Assembly (NCBI RefSeq): GCF_006345805.1 | Contig: NC_043008.1 | Span: 74,338,001 to 74,402,000 of the forward strand | From: Octopus sinensis | Lineage: Eukaryota | Direction of reading: 5' to 3' | DNA length: 64,000 bases | In this document: piece by piece, positions 27,156 to 40,329 of the stretch | Layout of the letters: the number at the start of each line of letters is the position of its first letter | How positions within the stretch are numbered: the first letter of the stretch is position 1 | Notes under the pieces: model-generated | What the model saw: only the letters and a program-made list of their open reading frames with translations | Told to the model about the DNA's origin: nothing | Databases searched by the model: none | Program-made: the position numbers and the translations under genes

Positions 27156-29221
27156 CAATTGCGACGGTTTGTTAATTTCTATTCCATTTATTATTATATT
27201 ATCTGACGCCTAGTCGTCTACACTACTGTACATGAATATTCTGTTATTAGTAATTTGGTGAATATGGAGAAATTCAGGATTTGCTGAGGAGGTATAATAA
27301 TATGCAAACACGTTCAAAATCGTCGCCAGGTGATGGCATGATCACATTTAATTAATGGTAGCCATTGAGTTAATGTCCATCGCACAAGCATTATTAGATA
27401 GATTTATATTCTTCAGTTCATTAAATAAGCTGACCCTAAATTGACTTTGAGTTTTCATAACCGTGGCGACCCTGAGTATTTTCTCGCCCAGTCATCAGCT
27501 AGTTTCAGTTATCAGATTAATTACTTACCACCTGGAACTGGGTTTTCTTCCAGTCAACGAGGGAATTTATTTGTGCATGTGTCTTCGATGTAGAGAATCT
27601 AGCTGTCAAAATATCGTTTTGAAACCTGGCCTGTATATAAAATTGGCTCTATTGAATAATGTAATATATACAGTAATCTAATTAACGTCATTTTCAAAGA
27701 ATCGTTGTTAGCTTGCCATCAATTCTCGTTATCAAGATTCTTATTCCTGGTGGATATGAAGCAGTAATAGATCAGTGTCATATACAGATAATATTTTGTC
27801 CTACTATTTCTATTCTGAGAAATAGTAAACGGTGGTTTCTACAGATTGTACTTGATAAAATCATTTGGGTGTAACTGATCATGTGACTCAGCTTTGATTG
27901 GTACTGCACTAACAATAAATCCCTTACGCCACTAATATCTACAATAAATGCCTTAACATCACTATAACAAATTTGTTTAAGTACTTGCAGTTTTCTTCGT
28001 GCAATATACATAATATTCAGAAAATCATCCAAAAGTACACAATATTTGAATGCTGAATTTTCACGTAACATTGTTTGATATTTCGGTTTCCTTGTGTTAG
28101 ATAGCTTCAGTCTTTTCGGGTCTGAGTCGACAGGTAGCTGTAATTTACATTTGTACCACAAGTTAACTGCTTGTACTTTGGCTTTAAAATATGGCTGTTA
28201 ACTGAACCGAAGATTATTGTATGAGAATTATATATGATAGGCTACGATCAAATCATTAATTTAAAAACTGTCAGACGCCATGACAGTTGACAATCTAATC
28301 AATATATCGCTTCATTGATTTTATAATTTAATCATAGGCGTTCTATCACAGACTGATACGTATACAGATACAGACTCACACGCACTCACACAGACACACA
28401 CATACACACACTCACATACTTACACAGACACACCCATATACACTCTCACTCACTCTCACACACTCTCTCATACTCTGTCTCCCTTTAATGCTTATTTCTT
28501 TCTCTCGTACCCACACTACAACATACACGTCTACACATTACCACATACTAACAAACTGGCATTCATAGTTTTCCGAGGTCTTTGCTTCATTACTTTTCCA
28601 AAGCAGACTGGATCTATTCACTGGGTTGTTTACTTTGAACGTTTCACCACTTATTCCAGTAAGATATATCCTTCTTGTTCAAATAAAATGTATAAACTTC
28701 ATGAGATGATTATTTGAAATATATTCCCCCGATTATTGTACAAATACAAGCCTGGCTCAATAAATGTGTCCTTCCTTGAACCATTTCTAAAACCCATTAA
28801 ACATTAAGGGTCACCTCCATTTTATTTTACCATATGCTATTGTCATCAATTTGAAATAATTAAGCCATAAAGCACATTCTATATATCAATGTTTGTTATG
28901 TTATTTCAATACTTTAGTTTGTATTGGCCATCACATCTGAGTGCTATACTGAAGCACAATCATTCAATATGGGTCTGAACAATTTCGTCTTTCATATTTC
29001 ACGTAATTTTTATTTTGTTCTCATTATATTCTATTTATTACATTACCAAATAAACTCCATCAAAGAATTATTTACCTTTGATACTAAGTTCCACATTGAT
29101 CGAATTTATAGTAAATGTTTACATTTAAAACCCTGGGACACACTGACACAGGATATAATTTATTAAAATGATTATTATAAATATCTATAGCAGCAACAGT
29201 AGCAGTAGTAGTAGCAGCATC

Positions 29222-29258
<37 letters not shown>

Positions 29259-29563
29259 TATTTACCTATCAATGACAACAATATATGGATTATATTTTAT
29301 TCTTTGCTAGGTGCTAGCAGAATTTAACAGACCATACTTCATTAAGTATTTCTAATGTTTTGCAGTGAATGTTCTTCAAATTCTATTTCACCTAGTCGTA
29401 CTGAATGTTTCAGTATAGTAGAATGTTACTCTATTGGAAGCACAACGCAGCCACCATAAGAATAGTAACTTCATATAGATAAGCATCTCCACATCTACAG
29501 CATGAGCTTCGACCCAAAACATTCCAAACATTACTCTCTTCTGTATATAAACGTTCTCACATA

Positions 29564-29772
29564 TTGGTTTCAAATTTTTTCATTAGGCCAGCAATTTCAG
29601 GGTTGGGGTAAGACAAATACATCGACCCCAGCGCTCAAATAATGCTTATTTTATCGACTCCGAAATGGTGAAAGGCAAAGTGGCCTCGGCGGAAATCGAA
29701 TGCAGAACGTAAAGACGGATGAAATGCCGCTAAGCAATTTTCCCGTCGTGCTAGCGATTCTGCCCGCTTGCC
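29564..29772 (-). mobile_element. SINE family A copy
   Basis: TTGGTTTCAAAT...ATCGACCCCAG...TTATTTTATCGAC...GAAAGGCAAAG...CAGAACGTAAAGACGGATGAAATGCCGCTAAGC...GATTCTGCC. Confidence 0.85.
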
Positions 29773-29973
29773 ATAATATATTAACGTCATAATCATCCCA
29801 TTGAAACAATTTAAAGGTCAGCTTCAGGTGCCTACATAATATCACATCTCAAATGTTTCACCAGAACCAAAATCACGTAAACAGAGACTCTTTAGTCACA
29901 CCAATGAAATTCATTTGCAAAAATACCATATCCTATCGGCTAATTGTGTTACCTCATATTTTATGAGAAATAT

Positions 29974-29983
29974 CACTGGTCAG

Positions 29984-30025
<42 letters not shown>

Positions 30026-32130
30026 GGTGTCGAGACACCAAACATCGTTTTTGGTTAATTTGAGGGCGCTAAATCTGAAAATGACCTTAATTTTTCTTGG
30101 TTAGCTACCGTCCTTGCTATACAGAAATGCCTCATTTTTGAAAAACAAAGCATTTTTTTCATTGTTTTCCCTGTATATTTGATATTGATCGATGGCAATA
30201 TTTCTCAAAGTGAAATCGTAGAAACCTCTCAATTCGTATTCAAACCAACATTTATTGGTCTGCTTATTGAGAAATACTATTTTTGCAATAACATTTCTTT
30301 AAAAATATCACGATTGAATATACCAAGACCAATAAGTATTTTCAGCAAATCATTAAATAAACTAACAGCAGAAATAAAACCTTCGTGAACATAAGAACAA
30401 TGGTAAAAATGTTCTCTTTCTTGATTGTCTGTCGCGTTCAATGTTAGTTAAGTCCCTTTTGATACTCCAGCAGTAGTCAGCCATCATTCGTTTGTCCAAC
30501 CTTCCCTTGTAGCGCTCTTCCATTGTTTTGATATCCTGATGGAATCGTTTTCCTTGCTCATCACGCAATTATCGGGAAATTTATCTAGATGGCTATGTAA
30601 AAAAATGAGCCTTAATACTCATATTTGCGCCTATGTCCTGTAGACTTTTCAACAGCTTTTTCACTAACACCTTGTAGTTTTTGGTCCGGTGATTGCCTAA
30701 GAAGACTTTCACCACACCAACAAACGATATCCAAGCGCGTAATTCCAAGTCATTTATTGAAATTAGCAAATTCATCATCCTTAATGAGTTTCCCGATATC
30801 AGGACCATGAAGCACAACTGCTTTGAGTTTTTTGGTGCTAAGTCCTGGAAATGATTTACATATATACTCAAAACATTTACTTTCTTTGTCGAGTGATTTT
30901 ACATACTGTTTCATTAATCCCAATTTGACATGTGAGAGAGGGAAGATTATTTTTGTCTTTCCGACCTAATATGGGAATTTCGAGTAGTCACTTTGTTGAC
31001 CAAACAAGAAATTTACCATTTTCAAATCGACACATAACATCCATTTGTGTTTGGTGTAGTCAATCTGTTCCATAACCTGTTTGATGGCATCATGTTTTTC
31101 TTTCAGTGTTGTTGAATGACCTATAGATATTGGCGCATTCATGTTGGTATTATGGAGCAAAATACATTTCAAACAATGTTTTGAACTATCAATGAACAAT
31201 CTCCATTCATCAGGATCGTATCTGTGTATGTCTAGTCGAAGAAGAACGCTCTCAACGTCATTGCAATGAACAAGATCCGTATTCTCAATAAAGAATGTTA
31301 CAAATTCGGCATCCCTATTTCGATAGACTGTTACCTTTGTACCTTTTGCCAACAGATGTTTTTCGCTGTGCCTAGAAGCCGAAAGTTCTGCTAATTCTTT
31401 GCTTAGATTTAAGTCTCGAACCAAATCATTCAGCTCATTTTGGTTAAGCAACTCTGGCACGATTTCGGGAACATAGTCAGGATCATTTTCGCTGTGTCTC
31501 TCATTTACATCAGTATCAGACTCGTCACTTTCAACAAGTTCCAACAAATTTTCGTGAAAAATTGGGATTGGCAAATCATATGAATGCTGTACTGGTCGAA
31601 TAGCAGAATGAAGACTGGGATAGTCCCGAAACACTGACTGAGCAGAAGTAACATTCGTCAGAGTTGTTCTTTGGCTCACGCCAGATCATAGCAATAGCGA
31701 ATCTCAGTGATTTTCGGGTACCTGAAGTCCACTGTCTCGTGTTCCAAACATGTCTTGCAAACAATGTGAGGGGCCCATGATTTGTCCTGATCACCAGGCT
31801 TCACGTGAAAGTAAGCACGATAGGCTTTCTTGTAAAAGTCAGATATCGGTTTCCTGTTGGCTTTCAATGTGAACTCGCCGTATGTATAGCAAAATAAGTG
31901 GGGTCATTTTTGCATCTTCTCGTTGAAGCCATGTCATTTGATATCTATCTTTATGATTAAAAAAGAGCATGAGTTTGTTGAGCATCTACATTACACTTTG
32001 CGCGTTCACATTTAGGTAGTTTGATCTCTCCTGATGTCCTACGTAAAACTGTCAATAATAAAAGACGGAAAGTGTCGTTACGCTGATTCTACTTCGTATC
32101 TTCGTAATCCCGCATAGAGAGCAGATGTTA
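29974..32130 (-). mobile_element. DNA transposon remnant, probably Chapaev3-like (CMC), with frameshifted transposase
   Basis: ATG at 31932 begins MASTRRCKNDP. Further peptides: GDQDKSWAPHIVCKTC, MIWREPKNNSDECYFC, ELNDLVRDLNLSKE, WRLFIDSSK..LKCILLH, LCVDLKMVNFL.GQQS, HVKLGLMKQYVK, DEQGKRFHQDIKTMEERY.G...MMADYCW. The right terminus begins CACTGG at 29974. The superfamily assignment is from recall. Confidence 0.75.
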
Positions 32131-32907
32131 TGGTGAAACCATTTTCATGATGTTTATCATGTACAAGGGAATAGGTGCATTCGATTGGTATGTCAACTTT
32201 AGTTGGAGTTTTTTCCAACTATGAAAACAAAAGCTCTTAATGAGCTTGGTTTCCTTCCGTACTGAAGGGATAAAAGTGATGGGATAAATTTATGAATATC
32301 AAACAGAAGATTTTAGGGTTTTATTTTTTGATGTCACCTGAATTATCAGGTTTACTAAAATGTATTACTGATAAAGAATTAATTGGAAAAATTCGGTACT
32401 TCTATTTTAAAAGTTTTGACTGAAACTTTTTTTTTTTATAAAAATAGTTTATTTCGGGTGGCTGACATAAATTGCTCGGCCTACCTGAAAATTCATGAGT
32501 ACCAAGGGAAAATACATTGATCTTACAGAAATACATTTACAACTAAATATACATAGTACAGTTACATCTCAAGTAATATAGGTACAATTAGTTCCTGTTC
32601 TTTGACACAATATATATAAAAGATGGGTTTTTATTACCATACAGGTAGAATTTAGGGCCTCTACCTTCCATTGTCTGTAAATATATCAAACGCAGTTTCT
32701 AAAAGTACATGTGAATTGTAAAAATACATAAACACAAATTCTTTTGTTCTATGTCAAATAATGAATGTATATCTTAGTTCAGACTGTCAGTTTTCTTTTC
32801 CTTCTTTTGGTTTGCTTTTGTATGTATGATAATCCAGTAAAAATTACCTTTCCCTGCAGCTTGACGTAGATCTCCGGTTGCTTCAACATATAATAATAAT
32901 AATAACG

Positions 32908-32967
<60 letters not shown>

Positions 32968-32969
<2 letters not shown>

Positions 32970-33180
32970 CCTTTCTGGTATAGGCGCAAGGCTTGAAATA
33001 TCGTGAGAGGGGTTAGTCGAATACATCAACTCCATTACTCAGCTGGTACTTACTGTATCGACCTTCGAAGGATAGTAAATAAAATTTGACCATGACGTGA
33101 TTTGAACTCGAAACATTAAGAACAAAACAAATAACTAAACGCCTTTTCTTTGACGTTCTAAAGATTTTACCAATCCAGCT
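32968..33180 (-). mobile_element. SINE family A copy with a long (ATT)n tail
   Basis: CTTTCTGGTATAGGCGCAAGGCTTGAAAT...CTGGTACTTAC...ATTTGAACTC. The (AAT)n tract 32890-32968 abuts its 3' end. Confidence 0.7.
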
Positions 33181-35339
33181 GGATCATGCTGATTATCATG
33201 ATAACGATAATGAATGCATACCTTAGGCATTCGATCGTACCTCATTTGGTAAAGAGCTAATGACACCTAGAATATCGAATTATGAAAATAACTTGTACTT
33301 CAAGAAAGGACGTCATTTCCCCAAGCTATTAATTGCTGTCTAACAATATTTGGTATTTGGATCTTCACTGTTATGTAGGTTTAATAAGTCACATACGAAA
33401 TTAACATTGAGTGTAGTACACAAACATGTTTTTATTATATTAGCCTTCTTTCATCTGCTTTTAAGCGCGGTAATTAATTTATCAGACGTGAGTCAAGTTA
33501 AATTAGACTTAATTTTATCAAGGCTCTCCCCGCTCCATGTTTCTTATATATTGTAACTTAAAGAACATATCCACAAACAAAAGAGATAGGAAGAGCATTC
33601 CATGAATAATGTTTAACGTTCGATTTGAAAAACAATGAAAAAAATGTAAGTTCATCTTGATAACCTTGATTCAAAATGTCTCGGGTTAATAAATCATGTT
33701 CCTAACAGATAGATCATTAGACAATTACTTATATACTGTATAATAACCGTTAGGCTATGAAAGAGCCTCACAGTAGTCACTCTACCTACAAGACGTAGTG
33801 ACGAGCTATAATCTTTGCCAAAATTCACTATCTAAACCAGGAAGGACATGTTCAGTACTGTAGTCCTAGAGAACTTTAAAAACATGAGATGGTCATAGCT
33901 AGAATGGCTTTGATCATATCTTACAAAAATTTTGTAATAATGAAATGTCAGGTTTAGATATTGATTTCCGACAATAAGTCACATACGAAATTAACCATTG
34001 TATAAATATTCTTAAGTTATAATTAATCGAATTGATACCAACACATGACTGCTACTTCTTTTATTACGACACACTATATAAGGAAGAACGTCGAGGAGTT
34101 TAAGTGCTTTTCGAGTCTTAAGTCGAACCTAAAATACTGTTTCAGTTTACTGTTGGCTCCCTTTCGTGGTGTTTTCTGAAAACGCTTGGAATATCTGATT
34201 GCTTTCCATTTTCCTTTCTCTAAAAGAAATAATCGAATTAAAATCACAATCAATGCAGTATTAAAAATCCTATCGATATAGTTGCATCTAATCAATATGA
34301 AGCCATACAATCAAAACAAAACATTAAGAATTCAAGTATATATCATGCTGTTTCGTTATAAGAAGCACTGATTATTTTGGCTTCAGATACTGTGTCAATG
34401 GGTGGGTAGACTGGTTGAGTACTTCCTTCGCTATGTAATACTCCTGAGCATATGACTTCGACACGTATAGATAACTCTCATTAATGGCATATGAGTTTTA
34501 AAATTATGATACTCATAATATGAATATTAATATAACATCTCTTCTCAGATAGGAAAACTTTCACTTATAATACAGTATCTCTATTACCTACAGAACATTA
34601 ACATATCCCACAATTATTTATAAACTACGTCATACATTTCAGACAAATTTCATTTAATCATGGACTGAGCTATATCAGTGGTAGTAGAACATGAAACCTT
34701 GGCCTTTTGGTTGATAGCCAGATGAGATTTCACCTTTTTTCAGCTGTTGAGTTTCATTATAAATGAATGCAACCGAATCTTTTGCACTGCATCATTCGTG
34801 GAAGACTGATCTGAACTGAACGCCTCAGTAAAAGACGTGTGTGAGCAGCTGAAAGTCTGTCATATCGTATAGTTGTGTCTTGTACTTATTTATGCCGTGT
34901 GCTAATTGTCAGTATATAGTTGAAGACGGAAAGACAGCAACCCGATCTCTGCATTCCGTGTAAACTGGTGAGATTGATAATGTGAAAAAATAAGTTAAGG
35001 GTCGTCATTCTAATGAGCTGCTCGGTGGAGGAAGAACTAACTGAAAAATGTTTATTGTGTGTGTGTTTGCATATGTGTGCGCGTGTGTGTGCGTGTGTGT
35101 GTGTGTTTGTGTGTATGCAACACTGTAATGTGTGTTTCATTTGCTCTTTGTATATGGCCACCAAATATTAAGATTCAAAGTACTTTCTAGCTAGAGGGTA
35201 AAACTTACCTTCGCGATGATCAAAGATTTAGCGTCTTTAAGGTTTCATTTGTTAATAGAGTTTTAGAAATGTTCCTTAATTCCACTGCAAATTAAAATAA
35301 ATACGTCATAGATATAAAGTCTCTGAGGAATTACAACCG

Positions 35340-36870
35340 TGTTTCGTGGTCTGCTACCACAACAGCTCCTTTATAGGATCCAGTTAGCTCAATACATCAT
35401 CAGGAGGAACTACGTCCGGTTTCGGCCCCTACACCTCTACCGTTTTGACGTGGTGGGGCCCCTACTTTCGGAGGTGCCTTCAGGTCTGGTGTTGGGTGCA
35501 TGCCTTCTTTCTTTTTCTTTCTTCTGTTCCCTGGCCTCTTCGATGTATCGTCAGCGAGTGTCAGCCGGGGACTGACTGATTTGTCAAAATTTTCCCTTTA
35601 AATACCTGCCGCTAGGCTCCAGCAGGCAGCCCCAGCAAGTTGTCACGTGACACTGTCTCACCTTAACTGACTAGTGAAGGCGCGTAGTTTTAGCCAGCAC
35701 ATTCTCTAAACGACCGTCACCTGTCAGTCAGTGAAGCTGATTCAGTGTCAGCTTGTCTCACCTAATGATGTTATTTCCCACCGGCATGTTATGACTTTCA
35801 AGCCATTTTCGGTCTTCCCGCTTCAGCCATATATAGAAGCTGGCTTTTTCGACCGCCTCCTGTACTCTCCTTATTAGTTTTCGCAGCTCAGAGCTAGAAA
35901 AAACAAATCTTCTTTTGAAAAGCGTTGTCATTTTCCTTTCAATGAAGCCTCTAGCTCCCACTGCCAGGTGATAATATTCGACATTCAATCCCTGTTCTCT
36001 GCATTCTTCGATTAGCTTTTCGTACCTCTTCTCCTTTCGTTCCTCTACATTGCCGATGTTCCCTTCCCAAGGTACTGTCAGTTCTAGTAAAACTCCTATT
36101 CTCCTATCTCTGTTCCATAGAACTAAATCCGGTCGTTTTGTTGTTTTTATTACTTGTTGTGTTTATTACTTTTGTTATTTTTATTACTTATATTTATTAC
36201 AAATATTACTTGTCTTTCCAAGTCCGTGGCCACCTACCAGTATCCCTTCCATCTTTCGTCTATCTCGTATACTTTACTTGTAGGCCTGGTTTTATATCCT
36301 TTTCCCTCCTTGTGGAAGTATACTTTCCTGCGCTTTTCTACTTTTGGGTACTCTCCCCTATTGTACATCTCGATCTTCTCCTTGAGTGCTGCGCTTAAGA
36401 CGTCGAGAACTTGATTATGCCGCCATGTATATCTTTCCAGTGCTAGTCTGCAATTTGACGGAAAATGTTTAACCGTCGCTTTCTTTCCGCATCTACACTC
36501 ATCGGTTGTTTTTATGTTCCACCGGACTAAGTTCGCCGGTGAGGGTAGAACGTCGAAGGTAGTCTTTATTAAGAAGGATGTTCTTACTTGTTCCCAAGCC
36601 CAAAGTCTCTTCCATGATATTCTGCGGTTGATCACATATTCCTCCCATCTCAGGCACTGTCCCTGTTGACTGCATTGCATCAAATGTACATTTCGCCTTT
36701 CTTCTTCCTCCTTTCTCACTTGCAAAATGGCCGGGAATTTTGCGACCCTAGGCCGGTACTTGCTTCTTGCGTCGCTCCGACTATATCTGCGTGCCTTAGT
36801 TTTCCGATCGCCCTGTTTACTGCCTCATCATCTTGCAGTGGACAATTGCTCCAAGCTTGCAGTAGTTATT
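35340..36870 (-). pseudogene. HERO-like RLE non-LTR retrotransposon, 3' part with UTR
   Basis: SFLIKTTFDVLPSPANLVRW, CRCGKKATVKH..SNC..ALERYTWRHNQVL (zinc knuckle and RHN), TKRPDLVLW...LLELTVPWE...ERKEKRY, AVGARGF, AVEKASFYIWLKR. Confidence 0.85.
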
Positions 36871-37609
36871 TCACTTCGATACATTAACTGTGACCACATT
36901 TGAGCGGCTAATCAGTTTCATTATACAGTCCCTACCAACTTTACCGTACTTTCCTTCCAATCATAGGTAAAGACACGCTTTTCGGATAACAAGAATTCAA
37001 ACAATGTTAATTTGTAAAAGAAATATGGCATTTGACATGCAACAAACATGATCGTTAGATATAAAGAGAGACATAGATATAAATAGCTTGTTTGATATAA
37101 AGAGAAACAAAGATATAAGGAGAGAGTAAGATATAAAGAGAAACAAACAGACATATTTATGGTGTTAAAAAGAGGATATTGTAAAGCCGTAACACAATGT
37201 TCGTCAACATCTTACAACGTATTTAAAAGTAGCAAACGTAGAGTTCAAAAGAGAGGGTTAATTAAGAATGCTATATACTGCTTTCAATTATTGACAACTC
37301 TTTGAAACTTCAAAGAATTATCCAAAGTCTTATCAGTTATTCTAGTCCTTGTTTCCAGTATACTATCGTTTCAGAGATTTCAATGGATACGCAATTTATG
37401 AATTATGAATCGGTTTAAGATTCCAACAAAATAATCCATTTGGAGCAGGGCTTCGTATTATTTTTATATATTTCAAACAGAAGAATGGTTATTATGTCTG
37501 AATAGAATCTGAGTTTATCTTCATTATTTAGGTTTCTATTTCGAAATTTCTCTCTGGTGAAGAATATTTGCCATATTTCTGGGGATTATAGAATAATTAC
37601 CAATAAAAC

Positions 37610-38035
37610 ATGGGCGTTGCTGTATGGTAAAAGTTTGCTCCCCAAACAACGCCATTCTGGATCAACTCCACTGCGAGCCACCTTGGACAAGTGTTTTCTA
37701 TTATAGTCCCAGGCCGATCAAAGCCTTGTGAGTGAATGTCTTTGGCGAAAACTGAACGTATCCCGTCATGTTTATGTGTGTGTCTGTGTGTATGTTTGTA
37801 TCTGCGTTTACGCACGTGTGAATGTGTTTGCTTCTTTGTGTTTGTCCCCTTACAACTTGACAATCGGTGTTGGTGTGTTTACATCGCTGTAATTTATCGG
37901 TTCGGTAAAAATAGACCGATAGAATAAGTACCAGGTATTAACAAACAAAGTACTGCAGTCGATTAGCTCCACTAAAACCTTTCAAAGCGGTGCCCCAGCA
38001 CCGCCGCATTTGAATAGCAGAAACAAGTAAAGAGT
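37610..38035 (+). mobile_element. tRNA-derived SINE, family B, with internal (TG)n
   Basis: TGCTGTATGGTAA A-box-like, CACCTTGGACAAGTG, CAAAGCCTTGTGAGTG, GACCGATAGAATAAGTACC, GCGGTGCCCCAGCA. A second copy lies at 60685-61120 (-). Confidence 0.8.
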
Positions 38036-38284
38036 GAAATGCATGCTAATCATTGAGTTGTTTTTGTTATGAATTGTGAAGATTTCAGATCCTCAACAGA
38101 CGTCGTCTTATTTTTGTGCAGAACATTTTATTCTACCTTATCCTTCCTGAATGGTACTTCCGATATATTGTTAACCTTTGCAGGATGTGGCGATAAAGCT
38201 TGCCAAATGAAATTAGTTCAAAGTCCTGTGTCGAAACTTAGATGTCAAAGTCTTTTTTTTTTAATGAGATATAAGTAATTTCCT

Positions 38285-38664
38285 CGGTAAAGTGATAGCA
38301 TGTTGGCAACTTAATGTGAGAGTCTCATAAAAAGGAAGAACGCTACTGTTATTTAGCCCTAGAAAACACTATTTCCTGTTGGACTTGACACATTTCTTGT
38401 GTCCTTATGTTTTCAAAGTAGAGACATGCACCTCCACCCAGCAAAGCCAGCATTCAGAGACTAGTTTCAGAGTCATTGCTCATCATCAGTCTGGAGTAGC
38501 ACGGTTTACTAGATGTCCATGCCTATCCGCCCTCGAAAACATAACGACACAGGAAATGTGTCAAGTCCAACAGGAACCGGTGTTTCCTAGGGCTAAATAA
38601 CAGTAGCATTCTTCCCTTTTATGGGACTGTCACATTAATTTGATAACATGCTATCACTTTATCG
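38285..38664. repeat. Fold-back module: about 150-bp inverted arms around a hammerhead-containing loop
   Basis: AAAGTGATAGCATGTT...GCTACTGTTATTTAGCCCTAG...TTCCTGTTGGACTTGACACATTTC on the left is the reverse complement of 38510-38664. Confidence 0.9.
38455..38493 (-). ncRNA. Type I minimal hammerhead ribozyme motif with complete catalytic core
   Basis: CAGA CUGAUGA u GAG caauga CUC u GAAA CUA GUC UCUG. Stem I CAGA/UCUG, stem II GAG/CUC, palindromic stem III ACUAGU and a GUC cleavage triplet. Confidence 0.75.
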
Positions 38665-40005
38665 TGCTACTTCTGCATAAATCAATCTCTCTGAGAGATT
38701 TAGAAATATATTATTTCTAATTTCCTCAGGTTCTAGTTTTTCGTTCAATTCATGAACCCGTTTCAGCGGCACGGACACAATAGCAGAATCCTCTAAAGTT
38801 TACATTTTGGCACATCAGTGTTAGCTCCAGAACAATGTTTGTCTTTAGCAAATCATAGTTTCGGTCTATGGTTAAGTACGAAATTAATTTTTAAAAAACC
38901 TTTGGGGTAAAACTGACACCATAGAGTTCCCGATAACAACCCATTGTGGCTATGATTCCTATCTGGTCACTGGTATTGATATAGTACCTGTATTCAATAC
39001 AGTTAAATCTCAACCAATTTTTCCTCCACGTTCGACGTATATATACGACGTCATGAGACAACTGTCACTGAAACACGGGGTACAATGCCCTAAGGCGTTC
39101 TCGGGTTCTTCAGAATTCCCTGTGTACAGCACTAACAGATTCGGTATATTATTATTATAATTAATATCGAAAGCACTGAAGTAGAGTACAAAGATATAGC
39201 TTTGGCAACCTTTAATTTGCTAAGGCTCATTCAGTCTGTAGATTAGAACTTTGGAAAAGTGAATTACAATAATACGATTTTGACCCATAAAAAGACATAT
39301 ATATATATATATATATTGCTAGCAGTGGGGAGCGAACACCTACCATCCTCTACCAGCAAAAGGATCGTGAGACAAAATTTCGAGTTGTTTGGCTCATCCT
39401 CTGTCGTAAACACCTGGCCTCTGGATCCGCTCCAGCCAGCAATATATTGTAAAAAAAGTGACCAACTGTCACTGATTTGCAACAAAAAAAATGGTTGTAA
39501 AATCTCAAGGAGAAATCTGAACACTGAGTTTGTCCTGATCGAATTCAGGAGTGAGTGATATTTGACCATTTTGGGGGCTTATGAACATCACACACTCAAA
39601 TTGAACGGGAGAAGAATTGAATCGCCAGTCTATTACTATGTATAAATAGTGTCACAATATTTGCTGGTATGCCAGCCGATGCATACGTAAGATCAAACAC
39701 AACGAATTTAAAGCAGTGCTAATGTTGTAAACATAATCGACCTTACATTCGCAATGTATGTATTTTGTCTGTGTGCAAGTACGTTGCGGTATATGACCTG
39801 GCGGACAACTCTCTCATATGGCTAGGTGTTAAAACACCTGAAATCGTAGGCAGGCAAGACAACGCGCCCCCGATCGAATTCAGGAGTGATGGATACAGAT
39901 ATTTCGTCATTTCTTTTTCATTCTCAGCGTTTCCACTAATAATGTTACATTGTGATGAGTGAGCTTGTATGCTTTTGTACTTCATATGCTTTTTTTACTG
40001 TGGTA

Positions 40006-40237
40006 CTGAAATCCCTCACTATATCGCAGTTCACTTATCTCGGTTCACCTATCGCAGTTTATTATTTAAGCTTACGTCGATTCCTCTGTGGTGTTCTTTT
40101 GCATTTATAATAAAAAATGTACAATTTATAAAAAATGATTAAAAAATACAGTACTGTTTCTACTTCGCGGATTTTCACATATCGTGAGGGGGAAGAGTTC
40201 GAACGTAACACCCGAGGGATTAGTCGAGGGATTAGTG
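40006..40237. mobile_element. pogo/Tigger-like MITE
   Basis: TA|CTGAAATCCCTCACT...GAGGGATTAGTG|TA imperfect TIRs, with internal TATCGC(A/G)GTT repeats. Confidence 0.6.
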
Positions 40238-40329
40238 TATAAAGTAAAACATAAGAGAATCTGAAGAGACACGAGACCTTCGTAACTTCTCAACGACTTT
40301 TAAAAAATCCTTTATTCCGTAATTAGATA

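Noticed and set aside
27778-28161. 127-aa ORF with RKPKY motif, possible Tigger/CENP-B remnant
   Set aside because: There is only one short motif and no convincing TIRs or DDE motifs.
33383-33997. 23-bp direct repeat AATAAGTCACATACGAAATTAAC about 590 bp apart
   Set aside because: It could be a TSD or local duplication, but the enclosed sequence does not form a recognisable single element.
39010-39960. Possible piggyBac-like remnant and 18-bp direct repeat GATCGAATTCAGGAGTGA
   Set aside because: I identified no TTAA-flanked termini or transposase motifs.
40256-40300. CTGAAGA followed by GTAAC, plus other isolated CTGANGA hits (1285, 42740, 56595, 62005) and weak candidates at 34750-34835 and 48225-48310
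   Set aside because: Each lacks a correctly placed GAAA or supporting stems I-III.
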